Positions 9,576 through 19,571 of a stretch of DNA of 64,000 nt are shown here, piece by piece. The DNA comes from a bacterium (GTDB taxonomy: Bacteria; UBA8248; JACPRG01; G963555815): assembly GCA_965261595.1 (NCBI GenBank), contig CBDHDG010000007.1, forward strand, positions 352,001 to 416,000, written 5' to 3'. The translations under genes were made by a program, and so were the position numbers. Each line of letters starts with the position of its first letter. Positions within the stretch are counted from its first letter, which is position 1. Below the pieces are notes generated by a model. The model saw only the letters and a program-made list of their open reading frames with translations. It searched no databases and was not told where the DNA came from.

Positions 9576-10049
9576 TCACACCTCGCCGTCGGCGACGGCC
9601 TGGACGGCCTCGATGATCTTCGCGTACCCGGTGCAGCGGCAGAGGTTGCCCGCCAGGTGGTGGCGAATCTCAAACTCCGTCGGGTGCGGGTTGTCCTCCA
9701 ACAGCTTGATCGACGCGATGATCATCCCGGGCGTGCAGTAACCGCACTGGATCGCCCAACGCTTGATGAAGCTCTCCTGCATCGGGTGAAGACCTCCATC
9801 CTCACCCTTCACCCCCTCGATCGTCTCGATCTCCTTGCCCTGAACGCGAACCGCAAGCGTCAGACAACCGCTCGCCAGCTCTCCGTCCACCTTCACCGTG
9901 CACGTGCCGCACACGCCCATGTCGCAGCCCTTCTTCGCGCCCGTCAGGTAAAGGTCCTCGCGAAGGGTGTCCAATAAACTCTTCTTCGACTCGATGACCG
10001 CCTCGCGCTCCTCGCCGTTCACGCTCAGCGTGACCATTTGCTTCGCCAT
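9576..10049 (-). CDS. (2Fe-2S)-binding small subunit of xanthine dehydrogenase/CoxS family
   Basis: GAKKGCDMGVCGTCTV, QCGYCTPG, GNLCRCTGY. Confidence 0.93.
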   Translation of the reverse strand: MAKQMVTLSVNGEEREAVIESKKSLLDTLREDLYLTGAKKGCDMGVCGTCTVKVDGELASGCLTLAVRVQGKEIETIEGVKGEDGGLHPMQESFIKRWAIQCGYCTPGMIIASIKLLEDNPHPTEFEIRHHLAGNLCRCTGYAKIIEAVQAVADGEV

Positions 10050-10073
10050 TGCCTCAATCCCTCCCGGACCCGC

Positions 10074-10946
10074 TCAGTGGGCCCCGTTGCCCGCCAGCGC
10101 CGCCTGAACCGTCCGTCTCAAAAATACGCCCACCATCGCCCGCTTGTATTCGGCCGAGCCGCGAATGTCGTCTATCGGATCCACCGCCCCCTTCGCCAGC
10201 TCACCCGCCTCGGTGAGAACCGACTCGGTCAGCTCCTTGCCCTGCATATGGGCCTCCGCCTCGCTCATCCGCCGTGGCGTCGGCACCGCGGCCCCTACGC
10301 TGATCCGAGCCTGCTTGCACGTCACGCCGTCCGACTCCACCTCCACCGCCGCCCCAACGCTCAGCGCAGGCTTGTCCTCCTTCGAGCGCGTCGTGAACTT
10401 CGTGTACGACGTCCGCCAACTGTCCCCAAGACGCTTCACCCGAATCTCGGTCAACAACTCGTCCGGCTCCACGCACGTCTCGTAGTAATCGGTGAAAAAA
10501 TCACTGATCGACACCGTCCGCTCGCCGCCCTTCTTCCGAAGAACCAGCTCCGCCTCCATCGCCGTCAGCGCCGCGGGAGGGTCCGCCGCGGGCTCGGCGA
10601 AGCACAGGTTGCCTCCGATCGTCCCCTGGTTGCGGATCCGAATCGTCCCCACACGGTGAAAGGCCTCCGCCAACAGCGGGTAACCCGAGCGAACCGTCGC
10701 GTCCCGCTCGATCGTCCGGTGGGTCGTCAGCGCGCCGATGCACAGCGTGTCGCCCGACTCCTTGACGTAACTCAAATCCGATAGCTCGCCGATGTCAATC
10801 AGGTAGTCGGGAGAGTAGATCCGCTGCTTCATCACAATCAGAAGCGCCACACCCCCAGCGAGGACCTTGCCGTCCTCGGCGTGAGCCGATAGCGCGTCCA
10901 GCGCATCGTCCACTGTCTTGCACGTCAACAACTCGAAATTCCGCAT
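10074..10946 (-). CDS. FAD-binding medium subunit of xanthine dehydrogenase/CoxM family
   Basis: KVLAGGVAL, IGALTTH, IRNQGTIGGNL, DDIRGSAEYK. Confidence 0.92.
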   Translation of the reverse strand: MRNFELLTCKTVDDALDALSAHAEDGKVLAGGVALLIVMKQRIYSPDYLIDIGELSDLSYVKESGDTLCIGALTTHRTIERDATVRSGYPLLAEAFHRVGTIRIRNQGTIGGNLCFAEPAADPPAALTAMEAELVLRKKGGERTVSISDFFTDYYETCVEPDELLTEIRVKRLGDSWRTSYTKFTTRSKEDKPALSVGAAVEVESDGVTCKQARISVGAAVPTPRRMSEAEAHMQGKELTESVLTEAGELAKGAVDPIDDIRGSAEYKRAMVGVFLRRTVQAALAGNGAH

Positions 10947-11068
10947 GCCCGAGCCCCGAAGGCCGATCACGCAATCGGCCGAACCGGTGGAAAAGAGAAA
11001 GACCGCCCCCCCGTTGCACCTGCTGAATGACGCCGCGTCCGACCGGGGGATGCCCTCTAGATGCGTCG

Positions 11069-11098
11069 AGATTAGCGAATCGACCCAAAGCCTGTCAA
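11069..11098 (-). promoter_or_regulatory. Putative sigma70 promoter for the CoxM/CoxS-like pair
   Basis: Minus strand TTGACA-N18-TAATCT, about 120 nt upstream of the start codon. Confidence 0.45.
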
Positions 11099-11528
11099 GC
11101 CTGCCAAAAGGATCTTCGAAGCTGGAAATCCGGCCCTCCTCGATGCGGCGATTCGCGACAGTTTAACGGAATTGGGAAAAACACCATCGGGACGCCTGTC
11201 CCTGAAGCATACCCGACCCGTCCTGGCGGATCGAGGTTAACCGGCCCGCGGGGAATCCGTATCCGCTGATCCGCTTCCGACGACTCGATAAAAGGGAGCG
11301 GCCAATTCAGGCGAACGGCGCCCCCGAGGAAATGTGGTAGGGTATGTGAATTCAGAGCCGCCGCGAATCAGAGAAATCCTCCGTCACTTCGACCCCCTGA
11401 AGGCAAAACGGGTTACCGTTGCGCGAGGTCTTCTTTCCATTTTCGGATATCAGGCGCGCGCCGGCCCGTAGGGGGCCTTCAAGCGAAGCGTTTTGATCCT
11501 TTCGAGTCAACCAGGAACGGGTGATGAG

Positions 11529-13613
11529 ATGAGCGCGGAAGACCGATATCGCATCGGCGTGGACACGGGCGGGACATTCACCGATGTGGTGGTGATCCAC
11601 GAGCGAACGGGCGAATTCTTCAGCACGAAAGTCGCCAGCACACCGGAAGATCCCTCTCTGGCCCTGGTTCGGGGCATCGAGAAGGCCCTGCACCGGATGA
11701 ACATCCGCCCCGACAAGATCTCCTCGCTGTTTCACGGAACGACGGTCGCCACCAACGCGCTGCTCCAACACAAGTTCGAGGGTCTCGGGCTCATCGTCAC
11801 CCGGGGGTTCCGGTTCCTTCTGGAAATCGCGCGCCAAAGCGTCCCCGACAACTACGGCAACTCCTATTTTTGGGTGAAACCGGACCGCATCGTCCCCCTT
11901 CATCTCGTCCAGGAAGTGGACGAGCGGCTTGATCATCACGGCAACGTCCTGAAACCGCTCAATGAGAAGAGCGCGACTCGCGCGGCCCGGTGGTTCAGGA
12001 AACGGGGCATCCAAAGCGTCGCGATCTGCCTGTTGCATTCCTACGCCGATCCCCGGCACGAACGGGCCATCCTGAAGGTCTTCGAGAAGGAATTTCCCGA
12101 GGCCTTCATCTCTTTGTCCAGCGACGTCATGCCGGAATACCGCGAATACGAGCGGGCCATTACGACATGCATAGACGCCGCCCTCAAGCCCCAAATCAAG
12201 CGGTACGTGGACGCGGGCGAGCGGAGGGTGAGAGACCTGTTGGGCGATGTCCCCTTCCTGGTGATGAAGTCCAACGGCGGCGTTTTCAGCGCGCGGGAGT
12301 CCACCGACAAGCCGGTCTCCACGCTTCTCTCCGGCCCCGCGGCGGGCGCGCTGGCCTGCTCGTTTCTCGCCGAGCGGTGCGGGCTGGACCACGTCATCAC
12401 GTTCGACGCCGGGGGAACCTCGACAGACGTGAGCGTCATGGAGAACGGCCGGGTCGGACAGACCACGCAGACCGTCATCGAAGATTTCCCCATCAAGGTC
12501 CCCATGCTTGACATCGTGACCGTGGGAACGGGCGGGGGCTCCGTCGCCTGGGTGAGCCCCGAGGGGCGGCTGAAGGTGGGGCCGCGCAGCGCCGGGGCGT
12601 CGCCGGGGCCCATGTGTTACGCGCTCGGAGGCGAAGAGCCGACCGTGACGGACGCCGCCATGTTCCTGGGCCAGCTCCCCCGGACGTTCTTGGGCGGCGA
12701 GGTTTCACTCGACCAGAGCCGGGCGAAGGAAGGCATCCGGAAATTGGCCGGGAGATTGGACCTGGGGCCGCGCGACGCGGCGACCGGAATTTTGGAGATT
12801 GCCGCCTGGAATCAGGCCCACGGGATTCGCCGGATGACCATCCAGCGCGGGCGCGATCCGCGCCGGTACGCCCTGGTGGCCTTCGGCGGGGCGGGTCCGA
12901 TGATGGCGGGGCGGATCGCGGACATCCTCGGGATGGGCTCCATCATCATTCCGCCCTCCCCGGGCGTGGGCTCCGCGTTCGGCCTCCAAGTGGTGGACCT
13001 GAAGAACGACTACGTGCGGACGGTGACGCAGCGCGAGGACCGGCTGGATTTCCGGGCGATCCAACGCGCCTTCCAGGAGATGGAAAAGGAGGCGGGGGCG
13101 GACCTCTCCCGGGAGGGATTATCCATCCGGAGCCGCGTCTTCACGCGCTCGATTGACTTCCGCTATCTCGGGGAGGCCCAGGAAATGGAGATCGCCCTCC
13201 CTGAGGCGCGCCTTTCAGAGAAACGGATCCAGGAAGCCATCGCGGAATTCCACGCGGGATACCTGGCCCTGTTCCGGCACGGATACCGGGGCGAGACGCC
13301 GGTGGAGATTGTCAACCTGCGCCTGTCCGGCATTGGCCGCCTGGGACGGCCCCATCTCAAGACGGTCCCGCAGGGCGGCCCCAGCCCCCAGGAGGCGTAC
13401 AAGGCCGCCCGCCTCATTTACTTCAAGGAAACGGGCGTCGTGGAATGCCGGACGTTCGATCGCGATCGGCTGCGGGCGGGGAACTTCATCGACGGGCCCT
13501 CCGTCGTGGAAGACTATGGCTCGACGACCGTCATCCTGCCCGGCCAGAGCGGGCGCGTGGACCCGTTCGGCAACCTGGTGATCACGGCAAAGAAAAAGGG
13601 GAGCGGGCCATGA
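11529..13613 (+). CDS. Hydantoinase A / 5-oxoprolinase family subunit (ATP-dependent)
   Basis: IGVDTGGTFTD, HGTTVATNALL, REYER, SGPAAG, DAGGTSTD, VGPRSAGASPGP. Confidence 0.92.
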   Translation: MSAEDRYRIGVDTGGTFTDVVVIHERTGEFFSTKVASTPEDPSLALVRGIEKALHRMNIRPDKISSLFHGTTVATNALLQHKFEGLGLIVTRGFRFLLEIARQSVPDNYGNSYFWVKPDRIVPLHLVQEVDERLDHHGNVLKPLNEKSATRAARWFRKRGIQSVAICLLHSYADPRHERAILKVFEKEFPEAFISLSSDVMPEYREYERAITTCIDAALKPQIKRYVDAGERRVRDLLGDVPFLVMKSNGGVFSARESTDKPVSTLLSGPAAGALACSFLAERCGLDHVITFDAGGTSTDVSVMENGRVGQTTQTVIEDFPIKVPMLDIVTVGTGGGSVAWVSPEGRLKVGPRSAGASPGPMCYALGGEEPTVTDAAMFLGQLPRTFLGGEVSLDQSRAKEGIRKLAGRLDLGPRDAATGILEIAAWNQAHGIRRMTIQRGRDPRRYALVAFGGAGPMMAGRIADILGMGSIIIPPSPGVGSAFGLQVVDLKNDYVRTVTQREDRLDFRAIQRAFQEMEKEAGADLSREGLSIRSRVFTRSIDFRYLGEAQEMEIALPEARLSEKRIQEAIAEFHAGYLALFRHGYRGETPVEIVNLRLSGIGRLGRPHLKTVPQGGPSPQEAYKAARLIYFKETGVVECRTFDRDRLRAGNFIDGPSVVEDYGSTTVILPGQSGRVDPFGNLVITAKKKGSGP

Positions 13614-15463
13614 GCGGGAAGATCGACCCCGTCATCCAGGAAATCATCGAGGGGACGATCCTGGCCGCCGAGCGGGAGATGGAGGACCTGGTCGAGCGGA
13701 CCGCGAGGTCTCCGATGATCCGGGACCAGCACGACTACCGCGTGGGGCTGTTCGACCGGCTCGGCAACAAACTCACCGGGCGCTCCTACTCCGCCCTCGT
13801 CGATCCAATCCTGAAGAATTTCCCCATCGACGAAATGCGGGAAGGCGACGTCTTCCTGCACAACGACAGCTACCTCTCCGAGGGCGGCATCGGCCACCTG
13901 CCGGATTTGTGCAGCACGGTTCCCATCTTCTACGCCGGGCAGGTGGCGGCCTTCGCCATCGTCTTCGGCCATCACGACGACATCGGCGGGATGGTCCCGG
14001 GAAGCATGCCCACGTACGCGACCGAGGCCTTCCAGGAGGGGATCATGATTCCCCCGATCCGCCTGTATGACGCGGGAAAGCTCAACCGGGCGGCCTACGA
14101 CATCCTGTTCCGCAACTCCCGGCTGGGAGACCACCTTCGGGCCGATATCGACGCGGAGATCGGGGCCTGCCGCGCCGGAGCGGAGCGGATCGTCGAGTTG
14201 TTCAGCCGGTACGGCAAGGAGACGGTCTTTTCCTGCTTCGACGCCCTGCTGGACCGGTGCGAGGAAATCGTCTCCCGGGAGCTACTCTCCAAAATCCCCG
14301 ACGGAACGTACGCCTGGGAAGACTACATCGAAAACGACGGGGTGGTCCCCGACAAAGTCCACAAGATCCGGCTTTCGATGACGAAAAAGAACGGCAGGCT
14401 GATCCTGGATTTCAACGGCACCGACCCCCAGGCCCGGGGACCCATCAACTGGCCGGCCAACTACGCCGACGGCAAGTTCCTCAAGAAATGGATCGGGCCC
14501 ATCCTCAGAAACCTGGCCGACACCCCGGAACGGGCCAACGAGATCGACATCAACGAGGGCGTCTGCCGGTTGATGGAGGTGAGGTTTCCGCCCGAGGGGA
14601 TGCTCATCACGCCGAAATTCCCGGCCCCCACGAACATGCGGATGTTCACCATCCTCCGCCTCCTGGGGATCTTTTCCGCCTGCATCGCCAAGGCGGTGAA
14701 AGGCAAGATGCCCGCCGATCAGGAGACCATCCGGATCTGGGGACTGCACGGCCGGGACCGGGACGGGGAGCTCTTCATCTTCCGGGAGGTGCTGGGCGGA
14801 GGCTCCGGGGGGCGCGAATACGCCGACGGCTCGGACGCCATTCACATCGTCCCCAACTCCCGGAACCTTCCGGCGGAGTTCTCCGAGATCCGGTACGCGA
14901 TCCGGGTCGAGAAGCTCGCCCTGTGCCCGGACTCGGGCGGTCCGGGAAAGCGCCGGGGCGGCCTCGGCTACCTGAAAGAGTTCACCGTCCTGTCCGACGC
15001 CGGCGTATTCTCTCTCGCCGACCGATCCAAGCTGGCGTGCTGGGGCGTCAACGGCGGAAAGGCGGGCGGAAATTACCGGATCGTCCTGAATCCGGGAACC
15101 CGGAAAGAACGGGCCCTGCCCGCGCTGTGCGACAACGTCCCGGTCCAAAAGGGAGACCGCATTCGCGTCATCACGACCGGCGGCGGCGGCTGGGGGGATC
15201 CCCTGAGGCGCGAGGTCGAAAGGGTCCAACTGGACGTGATCCAGGGAAAGGTCACGCGCGAAGGAGCGAGAAGGGACTACGGCGTCGTCATCGGGCCGGG
15301 CGAGCGATGTCCGGTGGACGCGAAGGCGACCGAGACCCTCCGGAAACGGCTCCGGCGCACCCGGAAAACGTCGTTCATCGACCGAGGGGAATATTTCGAG
15401 AAGGTGGTCCGAAAGGGTCTCCGCAAGAAAACCCGCGGGCGGAAGGTGCCGGTCCGGGGTTAA
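13610..15463 (+). CDS. Hydantoinase B / oxoprolinase family subunit
   Basis: RTARSPMIRD, GHLPD, HHDDIGGMVPGS, DSGGPGKRRGGLG, TGGGGWGDPL; ATGA overlap with subunit A. Confidence 0.92.
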   Translation: MSGKIDPVIQEIIEGTILAAEREMEDLVERTARSPMIRDQHDYRVGLFDRLGNKLTGRSYSALVDPILKNFPIDEMREGDVFLHNDSYLSEGGIGHLPDLCSTVPIFYAGQVAAFAIVFGHHDDIGGMVPGSMPTYATEAFQEGIMIPPIRLYDAGKLNRAAYDILFRNSRLGDHLRADIDAEIGACRAGAERIVELFSRYGKETVFSCFDALLDRCEEIVSRELLSKIPDGTYAWEDYIENDGVVPDKVHKIRLSMTKKNGRLILDFNGTDPQARGPINWPANYADGKFLKKWIGPILRNLADTPERANEIDINEGVCRLMEVRFPPEGMLITPKFPAPTNMRMFTILRLLGIFSACIAKAVKGKMPADQETIRIWGLHGRDRDGELFIFREVLGGGSGGREYADGSDAIHIVPNSRNLPAEFSEIRYAIRVEKLALCPDSGGPGKRRGGLGYLKEFTVLSDAGVFSLADRSKLACWGVNGGKAGGNYRIVLNPGTRKERALPALCDNVPVQKGDRIRVITTGGGGWGDPLRREVERVQLDVIQGKVTREGARRDYGVVIGPGERCPVDAKATETLRKRLRRTRKTSFIDRGEYFEKVVRKGLRKKTRGRKVPVRG

Positions 15464-16403
15464 CCGGGTTTTCTCATCGCCGGGCAGGCTCGGCCGGCGG
15501 AAAATTTCGGCGCGTCGCCGTGAACCGCGCCCCCGCGGCGTTCCGGATGATTCACGGAACGGTTGACTTCTTCCACCCACAAAAAAGAACGGCGCAGGGC
15601 GTCCGCGGCGCCCGCGGCATACCCACCGCGAAGACCGCCCCACCCTACGCCGGTCACCCCAAAAGGAACCTTCTCAATCAACTCCCGGTGATTTCAATGA
15701 ACCTGGACCTTCGGCCTCATTCCCCGCCCGAGCGATCAGACCGGGCCGCTTTGATCAACGGTCCTCCCCGGACAAAGCCGCGGACTTTGACGATCCGACC
15801 CCGGATAACGCCGGGAAATCATGAAAATCGGGTTCAACGGATGGGAACAGCGCGCTTCGGCATTCCGGCGCGGGGACGTACAAGGATTCGGAAATGATGA
15901 GATGACCCATTTGGCAAGGGCGGTCACATGGACCGGGCGTCAGGGGTTCTCAAACGTCCGTCCCGCGGCCCCTCCCCGAAAGGAGGCGAACCCGCCGGAC
16001 GAAACTCGAATGTCATCAATCTTTTACACCGGAATCCCTCGAATTTCAATCAAAGAATGAGGTTTCAAAAGCCAGGACCGGGAAATCCATCACCTCTGAA
16101 CGCATCATTTCGACCATCTGACGACCCCCTGACAACCCTATCCGGCGGTCAAATTCAGCCCCCCCCTCCCCACGATTCGGCAATGTCCCTTGCCCCCGAA
16201 TCGAGAAGTTCCTAAAATTAGCCCAATCCGGCAGCGAGCCGAACCGCTCGAACCGATGAGCCGACCCGGTTGGGGGCGTTCCACAACGGACGGCGATATC
16301 CGCCCACCGATGATCCGGCGGACCCCCCTGAAGGCATTGGGGGCCTACAACCTGGAGGAACAACCGGTCCACCCGAAGCGCAAGGGCCCGGAAGGAGACA
16401 GGA

Positions 16404-18077
16404 ATGACCGTTGACCCGAAGAGCAAGAGCCGCGGCATCACCGACGGATGGGACCACGCGCCCGCCCGCGCGATGCTCAGGGCATGCGGCTTTAACGATG
16501 AAGACCTCTCCAAGCCGCTGGTCGGAATCGCCAACACCTGGAGCGAAGTGACGCCCTGCAACATCCACCTTCGCGACCTGGCCGAGAAGGTGAAAGAGGG
16601 CGTCCGCTCGGCCGGCGGGACCCCCATCGAGTTCAACTCGGTCGTCATCTCCGACGGCGTGACCATGGGCACCGAGGGCATGAAAGCCTCCCTGGTGAGC
16701 CGCGAGGTCATCGCCGATTCCATCGAGCTCGTCTCCCGCGGGCACCTGTTCGACGGCGTGGTGGCCCTTTCGGGCTGCGACAAGACCATCCCCGGAACCG
16801 TCATGGCCCTGGCCCGGCTGAACGTTCCCTCCCTCATGCTCTACGGGGGCTCCATCGATCCCGGACGGTTCCAGGGCCGGGACGTGACCATCCAGGACGT
16901 CTTCGAGGGCGTCGGCGCGCATGCGGCGGGCAAGATGACCGACGAAGAGCTTCACGAGCTCGAGTGCAGCGCCTGCCCGGGAGCGGGGGCGTGCGGCGGC
17001 CAGTTCACCGCCAACACCATGTCCACGGCCATGGAGTGCCTGGGCATCTCCATCATGGGCAGCTCCTGCGTCCCCGCCACGCACCCGAAGAAGGATGAGA
17101 TCTGCCGGGAGGTGGGCGCGCGGATCATGGAATTGCTGAAAGAGGACTTGCGCCCGGACCGGATCATCACCCGGGGGGCCCTGGAGAACGCCATCTTCTC
17201 CATCGCGGCCACCGGGGGCTCCACCAACGGCGTCCTGCACCTGCTCGCCATCGCCCGGGAGATGGGGGTCCCCCTGGCCCTTGAGGACTTCGACACCCTC
17301 AGCGGCCGCACCCCCCTGCTGGCCGATCTCAAGCCCTGGGGACGATTCGTCGCAACGGACGTGTACGCGGCCGGCGGGACCGCCCTCCTGGCCGGGCGGC
17401 TTCTGGACGCGGGTGTGCTGAACCCGGACGAAATGACCGTCAGCGGCCGCACCATCGGCGAGGAGGCGCGAGCCGCCGAGGAGACCCCCGGGCAGGAGGT
17501 GATCCGTCCCCTGGACAACCCCCTGGCCCCTAACGGCGGTCTCGTGGTGCTCAAGGGCAACCTGGCCCCCGAAGGATGCATCATGAAGATCGCCGGCAAG
17601 AAGAAGCTGACTCATGAGGGGCCGGCCCGGGTCTTCGACCGGGAAGAGGACGCCTTCGCCGCGGTCTCCCGGCGCGAGATCGAGGCCGGCGATGTGGTCG
17701 TCATCCGCTACGAGGGCCCCAAGGGCGGACCCGGCATGCGGGAGATGCTGGCCGTCACCGCCGCGCTGGTGGGCGAGGGGCTCGGGGAATCCGTGGCGCT
17801 GCTGACGGACGGACGCTTTTCGGGCGCGACACACGGACTGATGGCCGGCCACGTCGCTCCCGAGGCGGCGCACGGCGGACCCATCGCGGCCGTTCGGGAA
17901 GGCGACACCATCGTTTTCGACATCCCCCGTCGGACGCTCTCGGTGAACCTTTCCGATGAGGAAATCGCCTCACGTCTTAAGGATTGGTCCCCCCCCGCGC
18001 CCCATTACACAAAAGGCGTCATGGCCAAATACGCCCGTCTGGTCTCCTCCGCCTCGGAGGGCGCCGTCACCGGCTGA
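16404..18077 (+). CDS. ilvD: Dihydroxy-acid dehydratase
   Basis: PCNIHL, CDKTIPG, GACGGQFTANTM, GGSTN, YEGPKGGPGMREML, TDGRFSG. Confidence 0.96.
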   Translation: MTVDPKSKSRGITDGWDHAPARAMLRACGFNDEDLSKPLVGIANTWSEVTPCNIHLRDLAEKVKEGVRSAGGTPIEFNSVVISDGVTMGTEGMKASLVSREVIADSIELVSRGHLFDGVVALSGCDKTIPGTVMALARLNVPSLMLYGGSIDPGRFQGRDVTIQDVFEGVGAHAAGKMTDEELHELECSACPGAGACGGQFTANTMSTAMECLGISIMGSSCVPATHPKKDEICREVGARIMELLKEDLRPDRIITRGALENAIFSIAATGGSTNGVLHLLAIAREMGVPLALEDFDTLSGRTPLLADLKPWGRFVATDVYAAGGTALLAGRLLDAGVLNPDEMTVSGRTIGEEARAAEETPGQEVIRPLDNPLAPNGGLVVLKGNLAPEGCIMKIAGKKKLTHEGPARVFDREEDAFAAVSRREIEAGDVVVIRYEGPKGGPGMREMLAVTAALVGEGLGESVALLTDGRFSGATHGLMAGHVAPEAAHGGPIAAVREGDTIVFDIPRRTLSVNLSDEEIASRLKDWSPPAPHYTKGVMAKYARLVSSASEGAVTG

Positions 18078-18274
18078 GGCGTCTCCGGTCGAAACCGGCC
18101 GGGGGAACAATTTTCCGCCGCGGACTCTCTAACGGGAAAGGCCTCGGGGGCCGCTCCCAACCGGGGCCGGGACAGGGCGCGGGCTGAGGGCCGAACCCAC
18201 GGAGAGAGGGACGCACCCGGGCCGCGAATCGGCGGCGCACAATGAGGCAACGAAGTCACGCAAGGAGATTGTGG

Positions 18275-18622
18275 ATGATGCGAAAGGGATTCTTGATTTG
18301 GGTTCTGGCGGGGTTTACGGGTGTGTTGGGGTCTATGCCGGGGATGATGGCCGGGACGGCTCAGGCCGCGGAAGTGCAAATCATCATTTCGGATTTCGCT
18401 TTCTCGCCGGAGACACTGACCATCAAGGTGGGCGACACGGTGGAATTCGTGAATGAGGACGGGATTCCCCATTCGGGCGCCCGGGAAGGCAAGGACGCCT
18501 TCGACACAGAGGCCCTGAACCAGGGCCAATCCAAGAAAATCACGTTCAGCAAACCCGGGGAATACACCTACAACTGCTCGATTCATCCCTCCATGTCCGG
18601 AAAGATCATCGTCAAGGAATAG
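18275..18622 (+). CDS. Secreted cupredoxin (amicyanin/plastocyanin-like type 1 copper protein)
   Basis: Signal peptide ending AQA; FSPETLTIKVGDTV, PH ligand and YNCSIHPSMSG (C-x2-H-x2-M). Confidence 0.88.
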   Translation: MMRKGFLIWVLAGFTGVLGSMPGMMAGTAQAAEVQIIISDFAFSPETLTIKVGDTVEFVNEDGIPHSGAREGKDAFDTEALNQGQSKKITFSKPGEYTYNCSIHPSMSGKIIVKE

Positions 18623-18695
18623 TCCGGAAGCGACAGGCGCGTCCCCGTCCCGCTGATTGAGCGGGGAAGGCCGGGGGCGCGCGCGGGGTCCGTCC

Positions 18696-18735
18696 AAAAA
18701 AAGAAAGGAAGGAACCCGGGGGGTCCCTTCCTTTC
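18696..18735. terminator. Probable terminator between convergent genes
   Basis: A-run then GAAAGGAAGG...CCTTCCTTTC stem; gives a U-tract on the minus strand. Confidence 0.6.
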
Positions 18736-18799
18736 CATCAACATTCCGGTTTGTCGTCCTCGACCGGCCGCGCCGTCCTCCGGCCCGGTGAGAACGAGC

Positions 18800-19276
18800 T
18801 TACTCTGAATCCCCCTCCGGACTCTCTCCCTCGCGAATGGGGACCCCCTCCTCTTTCTCTTGCAGAAATCGAACCCTCACCTCTCTCATCCAGGATTCGT
18901 CGTTAAAACGGTTCTGGAGATACTCCTCGAAGGCGACCTCGTTCGGCGACAAGGTCCGTTTCGAGGAAACCCAGCACTCTCCCTTGGGCCCAGGCTCCGG
19001 GGATGAAGGATCCTCCTCATGGTCCGCCGCCATTTCCTCGTCGATGTCGAGCTCACCGTCCTCCTCGGCCGATCGACGCATGACCTCCACCTTGGCTTCC
19101 AATCCCCCCTGCTGCGGAAACCGCAAGGCCAGGGCAATGATGTCCTCACCGTCGAGGCCCCCTTTGCTTTGCAGATCCGCAACGCGGGACTGGACCTCAT
19201 TGGAGGAGAGGATGGCGTGAATAATGGCTTGGCTCAACTTCTCGTATTGAGGTCCAGGTTTCAGCCCGTCCCACAT
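18800..19276 (-). CDS. Hypothetical protein
   Basis: Acidic ORF of about 158 aa with AGAGGA upstream of the ATG; no recognised motif. Confidence 0.65.
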   Translation of the reverse strand: MWDGLKPGPQYEKLSQAIIHAILSSNEVQSRVADLQSKGGLDGEDIIALALRFPQQGGLEAKVEVMRRSAEEDGELDIDEEMAADHEEDPSSPEPGPKGECWVSSKRTLSPNEVAFEEYLQNRFNDESWMREVRVRFLQEKEEGVPIREGESPEGDSE

Positions 19277-19571
19277 GGCGCGATTTCCCTTTCCTCTTGA
19301 CCGGCTCCGGTTGCGCTTCCAGGGTAGGGATAGGGAGGACAACCTGCGCCTCCCATTCTCTACCACCTCCCATCATACATCTGAATATATATCGTCGCGC
19401 CGGGTCACACAACCCCTCCTGCCTCATCCCCCGACTCGCCCAGCCCTCTACACTTTTCTTTTCGGAAAATTCTCAACCCGCGTTTAGCCCGAATCCACTC
19501 CTCCCGACAACTTCATGTCCAGCCGGCCCGCCATCGGCGGCGCCCGAACCCGGCCGGGAACACCCGGACCC

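Noticed and set aside
15464..16403. Long intergenic region upstream of ilvD as a riboswitch, T-box or small gene
   Set aside because: No recognisable aptamer, leader peptide or credible ORF by eye; an Rfam/Infernal scan would be needed
18105..18133. GGAAC...TCTAA ECF-sigma-like promoter upstream of the cupredoxin
   Set aside because: Short motif with ambiguous spacing; not distinguishable from chance
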